From contig NC_086111.1 in NCBI RefSeq assembly GCF_963921235.1, positions 51,894,001 through 51,958,000 on the forward strand: DNA of 64,000 nucleotides, given 5' to 3'. Below the pieces are notes generated by a model. That model made no database searches. It saw only the letters and a list, made by a program, of their open reading frames with translations, and was not told the origin of the DNA. Shown in pieces: positions 37,223-50,464 of the stretch (positions within the stretch are counted from its first letter, which is position 1; each line of letters opens with the position of its first letter). Origin of the DNA: Mobula hypostoma (lineage: Eukaryota). The translations under genes and the position numbers were made by a program.

Positions 37223-39866
37223 ACTGTCACTGAGCCTGGTTCCATGGTGGAGAAGAAGATGAGGAATGTGGTAGTCATAGAGGATTCCATAGTGAGGAGA
37301 ACAGACAGGAGGTTCTGACAGCCTGACATACCAGCATGGTGTGTTGCCTCCCAGGTGCCAGGGTATGGGATGCCTCGGATCGGGTGCAGAGTATTCTGAA
37401 GCGAGAGGGTGAACAGCCAGAAGTCTTGCTACATGTTGGTACCAATGACGTAGGTAGAAAAAGGGAGGAGGCCCTGAAGAGAGAATTCAGAGAGTTAGGT
37501 AGGAAGCTGAAAAGCAGGACCTCCAGGGTCGTAATCTCAGGATTGCTGCCTGTGCCCACAAGCGCAAGAATAGCATGATCAGGCATATTAATGCATGGCT
37601 GAGAGACTGGTTTAGGGGACAGGGCTTTGGATTCCTGGATCATTGGGGCCTCTTTTGGGGGAGGTACGACCTGTACAAAAAGGACGGGTTACACCTGAAC
37701 CCAAGGGGTCCAATATCCTAATAGGCAGGTTTAATAGGGCTGTTAGGGAGGGTTTAACTAATTTGGCAGGGGGATGGGAACCATTGGGCTGAGGAAGGTG
37801 AAAACAGTAACAAATCAAAGATAGTGTGCAAAAGAGATGATAGAAAGGACAGGCAGGAGATGAGGCTTAATCATAGCCAGTGGCATGAGTTACAGGGCAA
37901 TAGAGGTGTGGTGCAGTTAAAACAGAAAACATCAAATACTGGACTGAAAGTGTTATATTTGAATGCACACAGCATAAGAAATAAAATGGATGATCTTGAA
38001 ATTCAGCTACAGATTGGCAAGTATGACGCTGTGGTCATCTCTGAAACTTGGCTGAAAGACGGCTGCCATTGGGAACTCAATGTCCAAGGATATATGGTGT
38101 AGTGGAAAGATAGGTTAGTAGGTGGGGGGGGGGTTGGTGTGGCCCTGTGTGTGAGAAATAATAAATCATTAGAAAGGGATGACGTAGGATTAGAAGGTGT
38201 AGAGTCTCCATGGGTTGAGTTAAGAAATGGCAAGGGTAAAAGGACCCCAGTGGCAGTTGTATACAGGCTTCCAAACAGCAGCTGGGATGTGGATTACAAA
38301 TTACAGCAGGAGATAGAAAAGGCATGTCAGAAGGGCAATGTCATGATAAGCGCTGGGAATTTTAACATGAAAGTGGATTGGGAAAACCAGGTCAGTACTG
38401 GACCTCAAGAGAGAGAATTTGTAGAATGTCAAAGGGATGGCTTTTTAGAACAGCTTGTTGTTGAGCCCATTAAGGGGTCAGTTGTGCTGGATTGGGTGTT
38501 GTGCAATGATCTGGAGGTGATAAGAGAGCTTAAGGTTAAGAAACACTTAAGGAACAGTGATCATAATAAGATCGAGTTCACTTTGAAATTTGAGAAGCAG
38601 AAATTAAATTCCAATGTGTCAGCGTTTCAGTGGAATAAAGGAAATTACAATGGCATGAAAGGGGAACTGGCCAAAGTTGACTGGAAAGGGACGCTAGCAG
38701 GAAGGGCAGCAGAGCAGCAATGGCTGGAGTTTCTGCAAAATATGAGGGAAGTGCAAGACAGATATACAAATAAGAAGTAATTTTCAAATGGAAGAAGGAC
38801 ACTACCATGGCTGACGAGTGAAGTCAGAGCCAAAGTAAAAGCAAAAGAGAGGGCATACAAGGAAGCCAAAGATAGTGGGAAGATAGAGGACTGGGAAGCT
38901 TTTAAAAACTTGCAGAAGGAAACTAAGGAGGTCATTAGAAGGGAAAGATGAATTATGAAAGGAAGCTGGTGACTAATATCAAAGAAGATACTAAAAGCTT
39001 TTTTTTTAAGTATATAAAGGGTAAAAGAGAGTCGAGGATAGATATGGGGCCAATAGAAAATGATGCTGGAGATATTGTATTGAGAGACACAGAGATGGCA
39101 GAGGAACTGAATGCTTATTTTGCATCAGTCTTCTCAGTGGAAGACATCTGCAGTATACCAGCATTCAAGAGTGTCAGGGAAGTGAAGTATGTGCAGTGAA
39201 AATTATGACTGAGAAGGTGCTCAGGAAGCTTAATGGTCTGAGGGTGTATAAATCTCCTGGCGCTGATGGAATGCACCTCGGGTTCTGAAGGAAGTAGCTG
39301 GAAAGATTGCAGAGGCATTAACAATGATCTTTCAAGAATCAATTAGATTCTGACATTGTACCGGATGAATGGAAAATTGCAGATGTTACTCCACTATTTA
39401 AGAAGGGTGGGAGGCAGCAGAAAGGAAACTATAGACCTGTTAGCCTGACATCAGTAGTTGGGAACTTGTTGGAATTGATTGTTAGGGATGAGATTATGGA
39501 GTACCTGGAGGCACATGACAAGATAGGCCAAAGCCAGCATGGTTTCCTGAAAGGAAAATCCTATCTGACTAACCTACTACAATTTTTTGAGGAAATTACA
39601 AGCAGGGTAGAGAAGGGAGATGCAGTAGATGTGGTGTACTTGGATTTTCAGAAGGCCTTTGACAAGGTGCTGCACATGAGGCTGCTTAGCAAGATAACAG
39701 CCCATGGAATTACAGGGAATTTATTAGCATGGGTGGAGCATTGGGTGATCGGCAGAAAGCAAAGAGTGGGAATAAAAGGATCCTATTCTGGCTGGCTGCT
39801 GGTTACCAATGAAGTTCTACAGAGGTCGATGTTGGGACCACTGCTTTTTACGATGTATATCAATGA
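37223..39866 (+). mobile_element. CR1 LINE copy B, 5' part, inserted in copy A
   Basis: GDSIVR..DRRF, VCCLPGARV, HVGTND; APE; RT VVYLDFQKAFDKV...LGPLLFTMYIN, cut by the Nimb insertion. Confidence 0.88.
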
Positions 39867-42800
39867 GGGAGTATCTTCTTACTTTGTGTCGACAGTATTG
39901 TTTGAATTGCTTGAACGGGGGTTTGAAAGTCTGCTGTGCTGGGAGCCAAAGAGGAAAAGAGAGTGGGGAAGGAGCAGGAATTGCTAGTAGGGGTTTGTGC
40001 GGGTCAGGTAATGGCGGAAAAGGCGAGGGGGGTTGAGGGAAAGAGAGTGGAGAAGGAGCGGGATAGGGATTTGGGATCAGAGGTAGGCAGCTGGGGAGAA
40101 ATGGATTATTGTGAAGGGAGAAATAAAGGGATGAGGAGATAGTGAGGGGATGGATGATTGAAAACCGAGACAAAGGGAATAAATGAATAAGAAATGACAG
40201 TGGAGAGAGCTCTGAAAGTGAGGAAGATGAAGAAGTTCAGAGAGAAGGTGTTGTCATAATTAGGTTTGATGAGAAGGCTCAAGGAAACATGAAGAAAATT
40301 AACCTGTGTGCTAACAACAACTCTGGCAAATAAGATAGGGGAAATAGTATTTGCAAAAGTCTTTAATAATGGCAACCTATTGGTAAAATGTGCGAATGAG
40401 GAACAACTTGAAAAAGCACTCAAGCTAAAAGAGATAGGAAAACGCAAGGTGGAATACTCAAGGAGGGTGGGGGCACGAAATGGTGGTGGATGTAAAGGAG
40501 TGATCATGGGGGTACCAATAAGTACAAATATGGAGGAGTTAAAGAGGAATATCAAAAGAGGAAAAGTAATAAATGTTCAAAGACTGAAAACAAAAAGGAG
40601 GGAATGAAAAAGAAAAGTGAATCAGTATTGATTGAATTTGAAGAAGAAAGAGTGCCAAGGAAAGTGTTCCTGGGTTTCATGAGTTACCCAGTAAGGGTGT
40701 ATGTGCCAAAACCACTGAGGTGCTATAATTGTCAAAAGTTTGGACACGTGGCTAAAAACTGTAAAGGCAGAGGAGATGTGTTAGACGTGGGGGTGATCAT
40801 GAATATGGAAAGTGCGGAACAGGAGTTCAACCAAAATGCTGCAATTGTGAAGGAGCTCATAATGTGGCATATAGTGGGTGTGAGGTTATGAGATGGGAGA
40901 ATAAAATTCAAGAAATAAAAGTGAAAAGAAAGATCACTTATGCAGAAGCTGTAAAAATGTCAAGAGTACAGAATAATGCTCCTAATGAACAGGGAGCAAT
41001 CAGGATGCGAGAGATGCAACAAAGAACAAATGACAGGATTTATGTAGACAAAAAGGCTCTAGTAACATTCATTGCAGGAGTGATTAATAGTACGACTGAG
41101 GTAAAGTCAAAAAGTGATAAAATTCAGCTGGTGGTCAAAGCAGCAGTGAACCATTTAGAGTTAGTAGGACTGACATGGGAGGAAGTGAGGGAGAACCTCA
41201 CTAATCAGTCAAGCCAGGAAGTGTCATGAGTTGGTTAATACTAATTATGGTGATTCTTTTGCAATGGAATGCAAGGAGCTTACTGGCCAATAGCCAGGAA
41301 TTCAAGCACTTTATTAAAGAAGTGGTTGTAAAACCGGATGTAGTATGTATTCAGGAAACTTGGTTGAAACCAACTTTAGACTTAGTGGTGTATGGGTATA
41401 CAATGATAAGGAAAGATAGAATTTTAAGGGGAGGAGGGGGTTGTGCAATGTTAATCAAACAACGTATACCATATAGGGTACTGGAGAAAGGAGATGATCA
41501 GGAATACATAGTGGTGGAAGTGTGGAAAAGAGGGGAGGGAGTGGTTATAATTAACTCCTACAATCCATGTAAAAGATTGGATTTGGACAGCCTATTAAGG
41601 ATACAAGGACAAAACAGACATAAAATAGTGTGGTGTGCAGATTTCAGTGCTCACAGCACAATATTGGGGGATACGATTACAGATTCAAATGGAAAAGTAA
41701 CTGAAGATTTCATGGAAGAAAGGGATTTGGTGTGTATGAATGATGATAGAGGAACAAGGATAAACTTAGCAACAGGGACTGAGTCAGTATTAGATATTAC
41801 ATTAGTGTCTAAATCGTTGGCTGGCGTTAGTAACTGGGGAGTTTGGACTGCTTCAGCAGTAGGCAGTGATCACTAACCAGTTTTATGTTCAGTGGGTGAA
41901 ATAATTGAAGTAAGACCAGGTGGTGGAATCTCAAAGTGGGTGTTTCGAAAAGCAGATCGGAATAAGTTCCAGAAGTTGAGTGAAGAGGCATTGACAAAGA
42001 TAGACAATTCTGGAAATATAGATGAATTAAACAGTCAGGTGACTTCAGCAATTATTATAGCAGCAGAAGGATCTATACCCAGGAGAAAAAATAGGATGAA
42101 TAAAAAACTGGTACCATAGTGGACAGAGGAATGTTGTCAGGCTGTAAAAAACAGAAACAGAGCATTCAGGTTAGTTAAAAGAACCCATAATATGCAGCAT
42201 TTGACTCAATATAAGAAGGCACAGGCAGTGGTGAGAAGAACTATACGTCAAGCTAAAAGGGCAAGTTGGAGGAGTTTTTGCAACAAAATAGGAAGAACCT
42301 GTGGGAGAGGTATGGGGAGTGATTAAGAGGATGGGGAGAGGTAGAAGGGAATGGGAATATCCAGTAATGATATCTGAGGAGGAAACAGCAGTCTCCAGTA
42401 GGGATAAGGCTGAGATCATGGCCAAGTTGTTTGTACAGATACACAGTTCAGAAAATTTGCCTGAAGAAGGGAGAAGGAGAAGGGAAAGAACAATGAATCA
42501 ACACCTAGGTGTGTTAAACAGGAGGGAAGAAACAGATGATATAATTGATCCATTTACGGTGGCAGAAATGGTGAGACCAATAAAGATGTCGAGAGCAACC
42601 TCCCCAGGGAAAGACCTGATATGCTATGTTATGCTAAAAAATCTAGGAGAAGGAGCACTCTTGAAGTTGCTGCATTTTTATAACAGAGTGTGGGAGGAGG
42701 GCAGATTCCCAAGTGCATGGAAAGAAGCAGTAGTAATTCCAATCAGGAAACCTGGCAAGGATCCATCAAAACCCACTGGCTACAGACCAATAACATTAAC

Positions 42801-45196
42801 ATCAAATACATGTAAGATAATGGAAAGGATGATAACAGAAAGGTTATCATATGAGCTTGAGAAGAGGGGAATGCTGGCAAGTTACCAGAGTGGTTTTAGG
42901 AAGGGAAGGAATTCCATGGACTCAGTAATAACGTTAGAGACTGAAATTAGAAGGGCCCAGGCGAATAACGGGTCAGTAGTTGTAGTGTTTTTTGACATTG
43001 AAAAAGCGTATGATATGATGTGGAAGGAAGGATTGTTAATTAAACTGCACAAGATGGGGGTTGGTGGAAGAGTTTTTAATTGGATTAAAGATTTTTTGTT
43101 TGGTAGAAAAATTCAAGTTCAGATTGGATCAGAATTATCAAAACAGTACATAGTGGGAAATGGCACACCTCAAGGTAATGTGATTAGCCCATTACTTTTC
43201 ATCATTATGATCAATGATATCTTCACAAAGGTACCAGTGGATATAGGTAGGTCACTGTTTGCAGATGATGGGGGCTTGTGGAAAAGAGGCAGGAACATGG
43301 AGCATATAGTCAGGAAACTACAAGGAGCAAATTGATGAAGTGGTGGAGTGGTGTTATGACTGGGGATGTAGATTTTCAGTAGAAAAAACTCAAACTGCAT
43401 TTTTCACCAGGAAAAGAAGTAAGGTAGGGAAGAAGTTAAGGATGTATGGGATTGAATTAGAAAGGGTTGGATCATTTCAATTTCTGGGAGTCATATTTGA
43501 TTCACGATTAACATGGGCAGACCATATCAGGAAAGTTGAGGAGAAATGTAAAAAAGTAATAAATGTGATGAGATTGGTACTGGTAGGGAATGGGGAGCAA
43601 GTTGTTCAGCTTGAAGAGAATGTATGTGGCTTTAGTGAGATCTGTGCTGGACTATGGAAATATAGCATATGGATCAGCAGCTAGGTCCCTTATAAGGAAA
43701 CTGGATGTGATTCAGGCTCAGGCTTTGAGAGTGTGCAGTGGGGCTTTTAAAACATCACCAGTATCAGCCCTACAGGTAGAAATGGGAGTAATGCCTTTGG
43801 AACTAAGAAGGATGCAATTGATGGCAAACTACTGGGCTAATTTGCAGGGACACAATGATTCTCACCCTGCAAAAGGAGTGTTGCAGGAGTGCTGGGAAAA
43901 TGAGAGGTTTCAGGGGGATAACTTTAGTTGGGTAGGGAATGATATTGCTAAAGAATGTGGAGCGTTTGATCTAAGGATAAGTCCTTCAGTAGTTTATCCG
44001 ATTGTAGATCCATGGAAGCTTGTATGGCCTGACATAGACTGCTATTTGTTAGAGGTAAAAAGGAAAGGAAAATATAAAACTGATTTGATTAGTGTGTTTA
44101 ACTGTCATGTGATGGAAAAATATAGTGATTATACTCAGGTTTATACGGATGGTGCTAAGAAACCTGAAATGGGAGTGACAGGGTTTGGGGTGGCTATACC
44201 AGCAAAACAAATTGGAATCAGCAGAAGAACATCTAATAAGTTAGGCGTGTATGCAGTGGAGATGCTGGCAGTGTTGGTCGCGTTGTGATGGGTGGAGAAA
44301 GCTAGACAAGTCAAAGCATTGATATGCTCAGATTCATCCTCAGTTCTAGCAAGTTTAAGGTCTTTTCACTCAAACAGTTGGCAAGATGTACTTTATGAAG
44401 TCCTTCAGTCAGTCACAAGAATTGCAAATCAGAGAGGCCAGGTAAAATTTTTATGGGTTCCAGCACATGTAGGGATGAAGGGGAATGAGAGGGTGGATGA
44501 GTTGGCAAAGAGGGCATTAAAGAAAGAAAATATAGAAATGCACATTAGTATCAGTAAAGCAGAGGTTAAGTGTGTAATCTGGGAAAAAAATCAACCAAAT
44601 GTGGCAAGAAAGATGGGACAAGGAGGGGAAAGGGAGGCATTTATATCAAATACAAAAAAGTGTTGCAGGTACTAGGGCAGGTAGTGGAAACAGAAGAGAG
44701 GAAACTGTGTGGACTAGGTTAAGGCTGGGCACTGTGCATTAAAGAAAACATTGAAAATGATAGGGAAACACCAGACAGGATTGTGTGAGGAATGTCAGGA
44801 AGAGGAGTCAGTAGAACATGTAGTTCTGAGTTGCAGGAAGTATGGGATACAGAGAGAGATGGTGATAATCAATCTAAGGGAATTGGGGGTGCAAGAATTC
44901 GCATTAAAAGGGTTGCTGGGCATGAGTGAGAGAGCACAGGTCAGGGTATTTTTAGCTTTCTTTAGGGGTACAGGGGTTTTTTACAGGATATGATGAATAA
45001 GCAGGAATAGGGTACTAGGATGGCCAAAGATGGGAGGATAAAATGTAGGTTAGAGTATGTGTGTGTGTGTATGATTCGGTGAAGGAATTTGGAATGTTAT
45101 TCTATTGCACACTCTGGAGCAGAAGGTGGCAGTAATGCACCATTAAGCTGGGTGCCAACCACCGTAAAACAAGAAGAAGAAGAAGAAGAATTAGAA
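39867..45196 (+). mobile_element. Full-length, inactivated Nimb/I-clade non-LTR retrotransposon (ORF1 zinc knuckles; ORF2 APE-RT-RNase H-CCHC)
   Basis: CYNCQKFGHVAKNC; LQWNARSL/CIQETWL/GSDH; FFDIEKAYD, GTPQG, LFADD; VYTDG..E..ICSDS..WVPAHVG..GNERVDELAK; CEECQEEESVEHVVLSC; (GAA)n tail. 12-bp TSD GTATATCAATGA (39855-39866) / GTATGTCAATGA (45197-45208). Confidence 0.9.
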
Positions 45197-46170
45197 GTAT
45201 GTCAATGATTTGGACAATGGGATTAATGGATTTGTGGCTAAATTTGCCGAGGATGCAAAGATAGGTGGAGGAGTGGGTAGTGTTGAGGAAACAGAGAGCC
45301 TGCAGAGAGACTTAGATAGCTTTGGGGAATGGGCAAAGAAGTGGCAAATGAAGTACAATGTTGGAAAGTGTATGGTCATGCACTTTGGTGGAAGAAATAA
45401 ATGGGCAGACTATTATTTAGATGGGAAGAGAATTTAAAATGCAGAGATGTAAAGGGACTTGGGAGTTCTTGTGCAAGATATCTTAAAGGCTAACCTCCAG
45501 GTTGAGCTGCTTGTGAAGAAGATGAATGCAATGTTGGCATTCATTTCTAGAGGTACATATAGAATATAAGAGCAGGGTTGTGTTGTTGAGGCGCTATAAG
45601 GCACTCGTGAGACCACACTTGGAATATTGTGTGCAGTTTTGGGCTGCTTATTTTAGAAAAGATATACTGACATTGGAGAGGATTCAGAGAAGGTTCACAA
45701 GAATGATTTCAGGAATGAAAGGGTTACCATATGAGGAACGTCTGGCAGCTCTTGGGCTGTATTCTCTGGAGTTCAGGAGAATGAGGGGGGATCTCATAGA
45801 AATATTCCGAATGTTAAAAGGCCTGAACAGATTAGATATGGCAAAGTTATTTCCCATGATAGGAGAGTCTAGGACAAGCGGGCACGACTTCAGGATTGAA
45901 GGACATCCACTTAGAACAGAGATGCAGAGAAATTACTTTAGTCAGAGGGTGGCAAATCTGTAGAATTTGTTGCCATGTGCGGCTGTGGAGGCCAAGTCAT
46001 TGGGTGCATTTAAGGCAGAGATAGATAGGTTCTTGATTAGCCAGGGCATCAAAGGGTGTGAAGGCCAGGGAGTGGGGATGACTGAAGAATTGGATCAGCC
46101 CATGATTGAATGGTGGAGCAGACTCGATGGGCCGAATGACCTACTTCTGCTCCTATATCTTATGGTTTTA
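45197..46170 (+). mobile_element. CR1 LINE copy B, 3' part with tail
   Basis: NDLDNGINGFVAKFAEDAKIGG continues the RT broken at 39866; LVRPHLEYCVQFW; tail cctatatcttatggttttat. Confidence 0.88.
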
Positions 46171-47710
46171 TGGCTAAAGTAAGTTGGAAGGAGATGCTGA
46201 CAGGGATGACAGCAGAGCAGCAATGGTATGAATTTCTGGGAAAAATAAGGAAGATGCTGGATAGATGTATCCCAAAAATGAAAAAATACTCGAATAGCAA
46301 AATAGTTCATCTGTGGCTCCACAATCTCTACCGTTACCACTTTCAGAACCCTAGGGTGCAGGTCGTCTGGTCCAAGTGACTTATGTACCCTTAAGTCTTT
46401 CAACTTTTTGAGCATCTTCTCCCTTGTAATAGTAACTGCACTCAAGTCAAAGCTAATGTAGAAGCAAAAGAGAGGGCATACAACAAAGCAAAAATTAGTG
46501 GGAAGATAGAGGAATGGGAAGAGAGCAACTAAATGAATTATTAGGAGGGAAAAATGAAATATGAAAGCAAGCTAACAAATGATATCAAAGTGGATAGTAA
46601 AAGCTTTTTCAAGTATGTAAAAAATAAGAGATGAGAGTGGATGTAGGATCACTCGAAAATGAGACTGAAGAAATAATAATGGGGAACAAGGAGATGGCAA
46701 ATGAACTTAATGAGGATTTTGCATCAGTCTTCACTGTGGAAGACAGATGTTGAAGAGTGTGTGGGAAGAGAAGTGAGTGCAGTTACTATGACAAGAGAGA
46801 AGATGCTCAAAAAGCTGAAAGACTTAAGGGTACATAAGTCACTTGGACCAGGCGAACTGCACCCTAGGGTTCTGAAAGTGGCAACAGTAGAGATTGTGGA
46901 GGCATTAGTAATGATCTTTCAAAAATCATTGGACTCTGATATGGTGCTGGAGGATTAGAAAATTGCAATTGTCACTCCACGCTTTAAGAAAGGAGGAAGG
47001 CAGCAGAAAGGAAATTATAGACCAGTTAGCCTGACCTCAGTGGCTGGGAAGATGTTGGAGTCAATTGTTAAGGGTGAGGTTATGCAGTACTTTGTGACAC
47101 AAGACAAGATAGGACAAGGTCAGCATGGTTTCCTTAAGGGAAAATCTTGCCTGATAAACTTGTTGGGATTCTTTGAGGAGATTATAAGTAGGATAGATAA
47201 AGGGGATGCAGTGGCTGTTGTATATTTAGACTTTCAAAAGGCCTTTGACAAGGTGCCACACATGAGGCTGCTTACCAGGTTAAGAGCCCATAGTATTATA
47301 GGAAAGTTATTAACATGGTTAGAGCTTTGGTTGATTGGTAGGAGGCAGCGAGTGAGAATAAAAGGATCCTTTTCTGGTTGGTTGCCAGTGGCTAGTGGTG
47401 TTCTGCAGGGGTCGGTGTTAGGACTACTTCTCTTTATGTTGTATCTCAATGATTTAGATGATGGAATAGATGGCTTTGTTGCTGAGATGGCAAATGATAT
47501 GAAGATTAGTGGAGGGGCAGGTAGTGTTGAGGAAACAGATAGGCTGTAGAAGGACTTAGACAGATTAGGAGAATAGGCAAGAAAGTGGCAAATGAAACAC
47601 AATGTTGGAAAGTGCATGGTCATGCACTTTGGTAGTAGAAATAAATGGGCAGACTATTTTCTAAACAGGGAAGAAATCCAAAAATCTGTGATGCAAAGGG
47701 ATTTGAGGTG
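46171..47710 (+). mobile_element. CR1 LINE copy A, 3' part (3'-truncated)
   Basis: LAKVSWKE continues GMREE from 37222; RT YLDFQKAFDKVPH...GVLQGSVLG. Confidence 0.85.
46317..46901. repeat. 128-bp inverted repeat pair (46317-46444 / 46774-46901)
   Basis: The reverse complement of the left arm matches the right arm with 7 mismatches by manual count. Confidence 0.9.
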
Positions 47711-48139
47711 ACAGTTGAATCTGTACAATTGTGTATATGGAATTCCAATCTCAATCATATAGCAACTTCGAGAACATATACAATTGAAATCTCAAAGGCG
47801 AAATTTGTGTCACCAGAGGTTTGTACATGCATTCAATTGGTCAATTGGCCCCTCTGAGATGTAACAGTTCTGCAATTCAATCTTTATATTGCTATTAAAA
47901 CGGTAATTAAGATGATCCATGAAGATGGTGTATTATGACCACAAGGTAGGTACTGTAATCCTAACTGTCTGTTTATCACATGCATATTTTAAGATGCACT
48001 GTGCTTTTCCTTTCCACCACTAAGGAAGTCTAGAGTTTTGATTTGGTCCCACTTCTTGACCAAAATCTTACTTGCATATACGCACTTGCATGCAAAGATT
48101 CCCTCAATAAGACTTACACTATTAATTTTTAATTTATAG

Positions 48140-48230
48140 CTTTGATGATGCACGTAGAATTTATGATGAAGTAATGCAAGAAATTGAGAAACAGGAACCG
48201 AGCACTCCCGAGCCTCAATTGCCTTCTACA
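48140..48230 (+). CDS. DNAH12: DNAH12 coding exon 2 (91 nt)
   Basis: tatag|C..ACA|gtgagt; FDDARRIYDEVMQEIEKQEPSTPEPQLPST. Phases 2/0 fit the neighbouring exons. Confidence 0.8.
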
Positions 48231-50238
48231 GTGAGTGATTATTGTCTTTTGCTAAAATATGAATAACCCACGTTTATTTAATGTATTAACTCTTTTTTTC
48301 CTCATTGTATTCCTTCTTTTAGCTTTATAATATTAAAACCTCAGTATCCTAGTCAGAAGCAATCAATTTTGATACTACCTCCCAAGCAAAAGCCAGGATT
48401 ATCTTTGAAGGTTAAATACAGAGTCGTTCATTGTGGTTTCTCTCTCATTTGAAAGTTCATATAGCAAAATGCAACAAGAATGCAACTTTCAGGATATATT
48501 TATTTTTCCAACAAGCTTATCTAGTCTATTTTTTAAATAGACACAAAACGAATTCTATTTTAGCAAACAATTTACTATTTTGTTTCTGTTCAATAAGTCA
48601 TTGATAGATGTTTCAAAAGACACTGTGAGAAAATTAAAAATAATTCACTAAGCTTCCATCAGGCGTGTAAAACTAATTATTCACATGAGTATGCCAAAGA
48701 TTGGCATAATTTCATTTTGCATGGAGCTTAGACATAGCTAAACACAATGTATCAACTATATTAAACTATACCCAAGCTCCATGCAAACTTATGAACAAAA
48801 AAAACAAGCAGACCATCTCTCATGACTCAAAATAAGAGCTCATCACTTTCAGTGCACAACAAGAACAGAAATTTCTCTAGTAACACAAAGAAGAGGAGGA
48901 GATTTTATATTTTCCCATTTTCAAATGTTGACTTAATGATGATGATATGTAATTTGGATAGAAAGTCACATCATGGCCACTTTTGGATGGGGAGTGATAG
49001 TGATGACGAACTTCTTGAAGTTGTATAGAAAGTTGCAGAAGCTTTTGTGTAATGTATTCATTCTCACACAAGAGGAAGTAATGATGTGTATCAAGTCTTT
49101 CATTTAGATTCACCATAATCTGTCTGAATTAATGTAGCTTTGCAGATTTTGGAACTTCCTTAGAGTGGATGATGCAAGTTCAGTTCTTGGCATCACAGCC
49201 TCGGGCAAAACTGTAATGTCAATATCTGGGCTTTTGGAAGAACATATTGCTTTGAGATTCTATCAACATTGAAAGAATCAACAAGAATTATAATAAAACT
49301 TTGTTTAAATGGAATAAGTTTCTCCCCTTTTTTGTCAACTTTAATTTTAGAAAATGACATCTTGAAAAGTGCACAGTTCCTTTCTATCATTCTCCACATC
49401 CATGTAATCAAGGGCTGCTCACTTTGCAAATTGTACAAAGTGCATAGTACAAGAAAATTTGCTGCCCAGGTCACAAACCTTGAACAGCTCATTAAACAGT
49501 TATTGAAACCTGTGCCTCTGAATGGAGAAAAGTTATTGTGGGCCTTCACTTTCAAGGCAGTGAAAGTGAACTAACTTAAATAGAAAAGTTCAAAACAAAG
49601 CACAAATAGAACACAATATTATGTGAAATGAATCTTTGTCTTTTCAAGTTACACTAATTATAACATTACTTGAATCTCCATAAGAAATATACTGGAAATT
49701 TTGTATTTGTATAATTAATAAAGCATTTTGAGTCCCTTTGAGTCCCATTTCCTTTATATTTCTTTTCACAAACATTTGTGAGTACTTCACTATTCAAATT
49801 ATCAAATTTAAAATCCTCATATTTATCACTGTGAAATCCCTATTCTTTCATCCCTTAATGTGCCCTGCCTTCAGAAATGAAATGCAACCAACTCCCACTA
49901 CAGCAAAAAATGATTTCACTTAAATATTTTATATGTTCTTTTAAAGAAATTAGGCAATTTCTTGTTTTGGACCCAACAATTTCAGTTATTGATGAAGAAA
50001 CATTTAAAAGAATTAAAGTCAAAAAGAACAAGTTGATTTTGAAAGAATTATCGAAACAACTGGTTGAACATAAAAATACTGCAGGCAAGGATAGATTTAA
50101 ATGTTAGTTGTCAAGAAAGTATCAACAATCTATATAGAAAAAAAATCAGAGTTTTGAATATATCTGATGGTGTTGTATAAAGGAATTACTGTATTGGACG
50201 GAGATGCATAATGAATATTGTATTTCTTTCACTTGCAG

Positions 50239-50265
50239 ATGAACAGTGAGCAAAAGCAGCGAAGG
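50239..50265 (+). CDS. DNAH12: DNAH12 coding exon 3, 27-nt microexon
   Basis: ttgcag|ATGAACAGTGAGCAAAAGCAGCGAAGG|gtaagt; MNSEQKQRR vs human MTSEMKKKG. Confidence 0.8.
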
Positions 50266-50464
50266 GTAAGTTCTAAGAAGTGACTTCCAAAGTAAAGATT
50301 TGTGTAAACTGCAGAACAAAAGTAACAGTGAATCATAGGCATGACTGTGTACTCAATGATGAAGGTCAGCATGTCAAATGCCTCGTCCACTACCCTGTGT
50401 ATCTGTGATACTCCTGTCAGTGAACTGTTTACTTGTACTCCTAGGACCCTCTGTTCCACAACAT

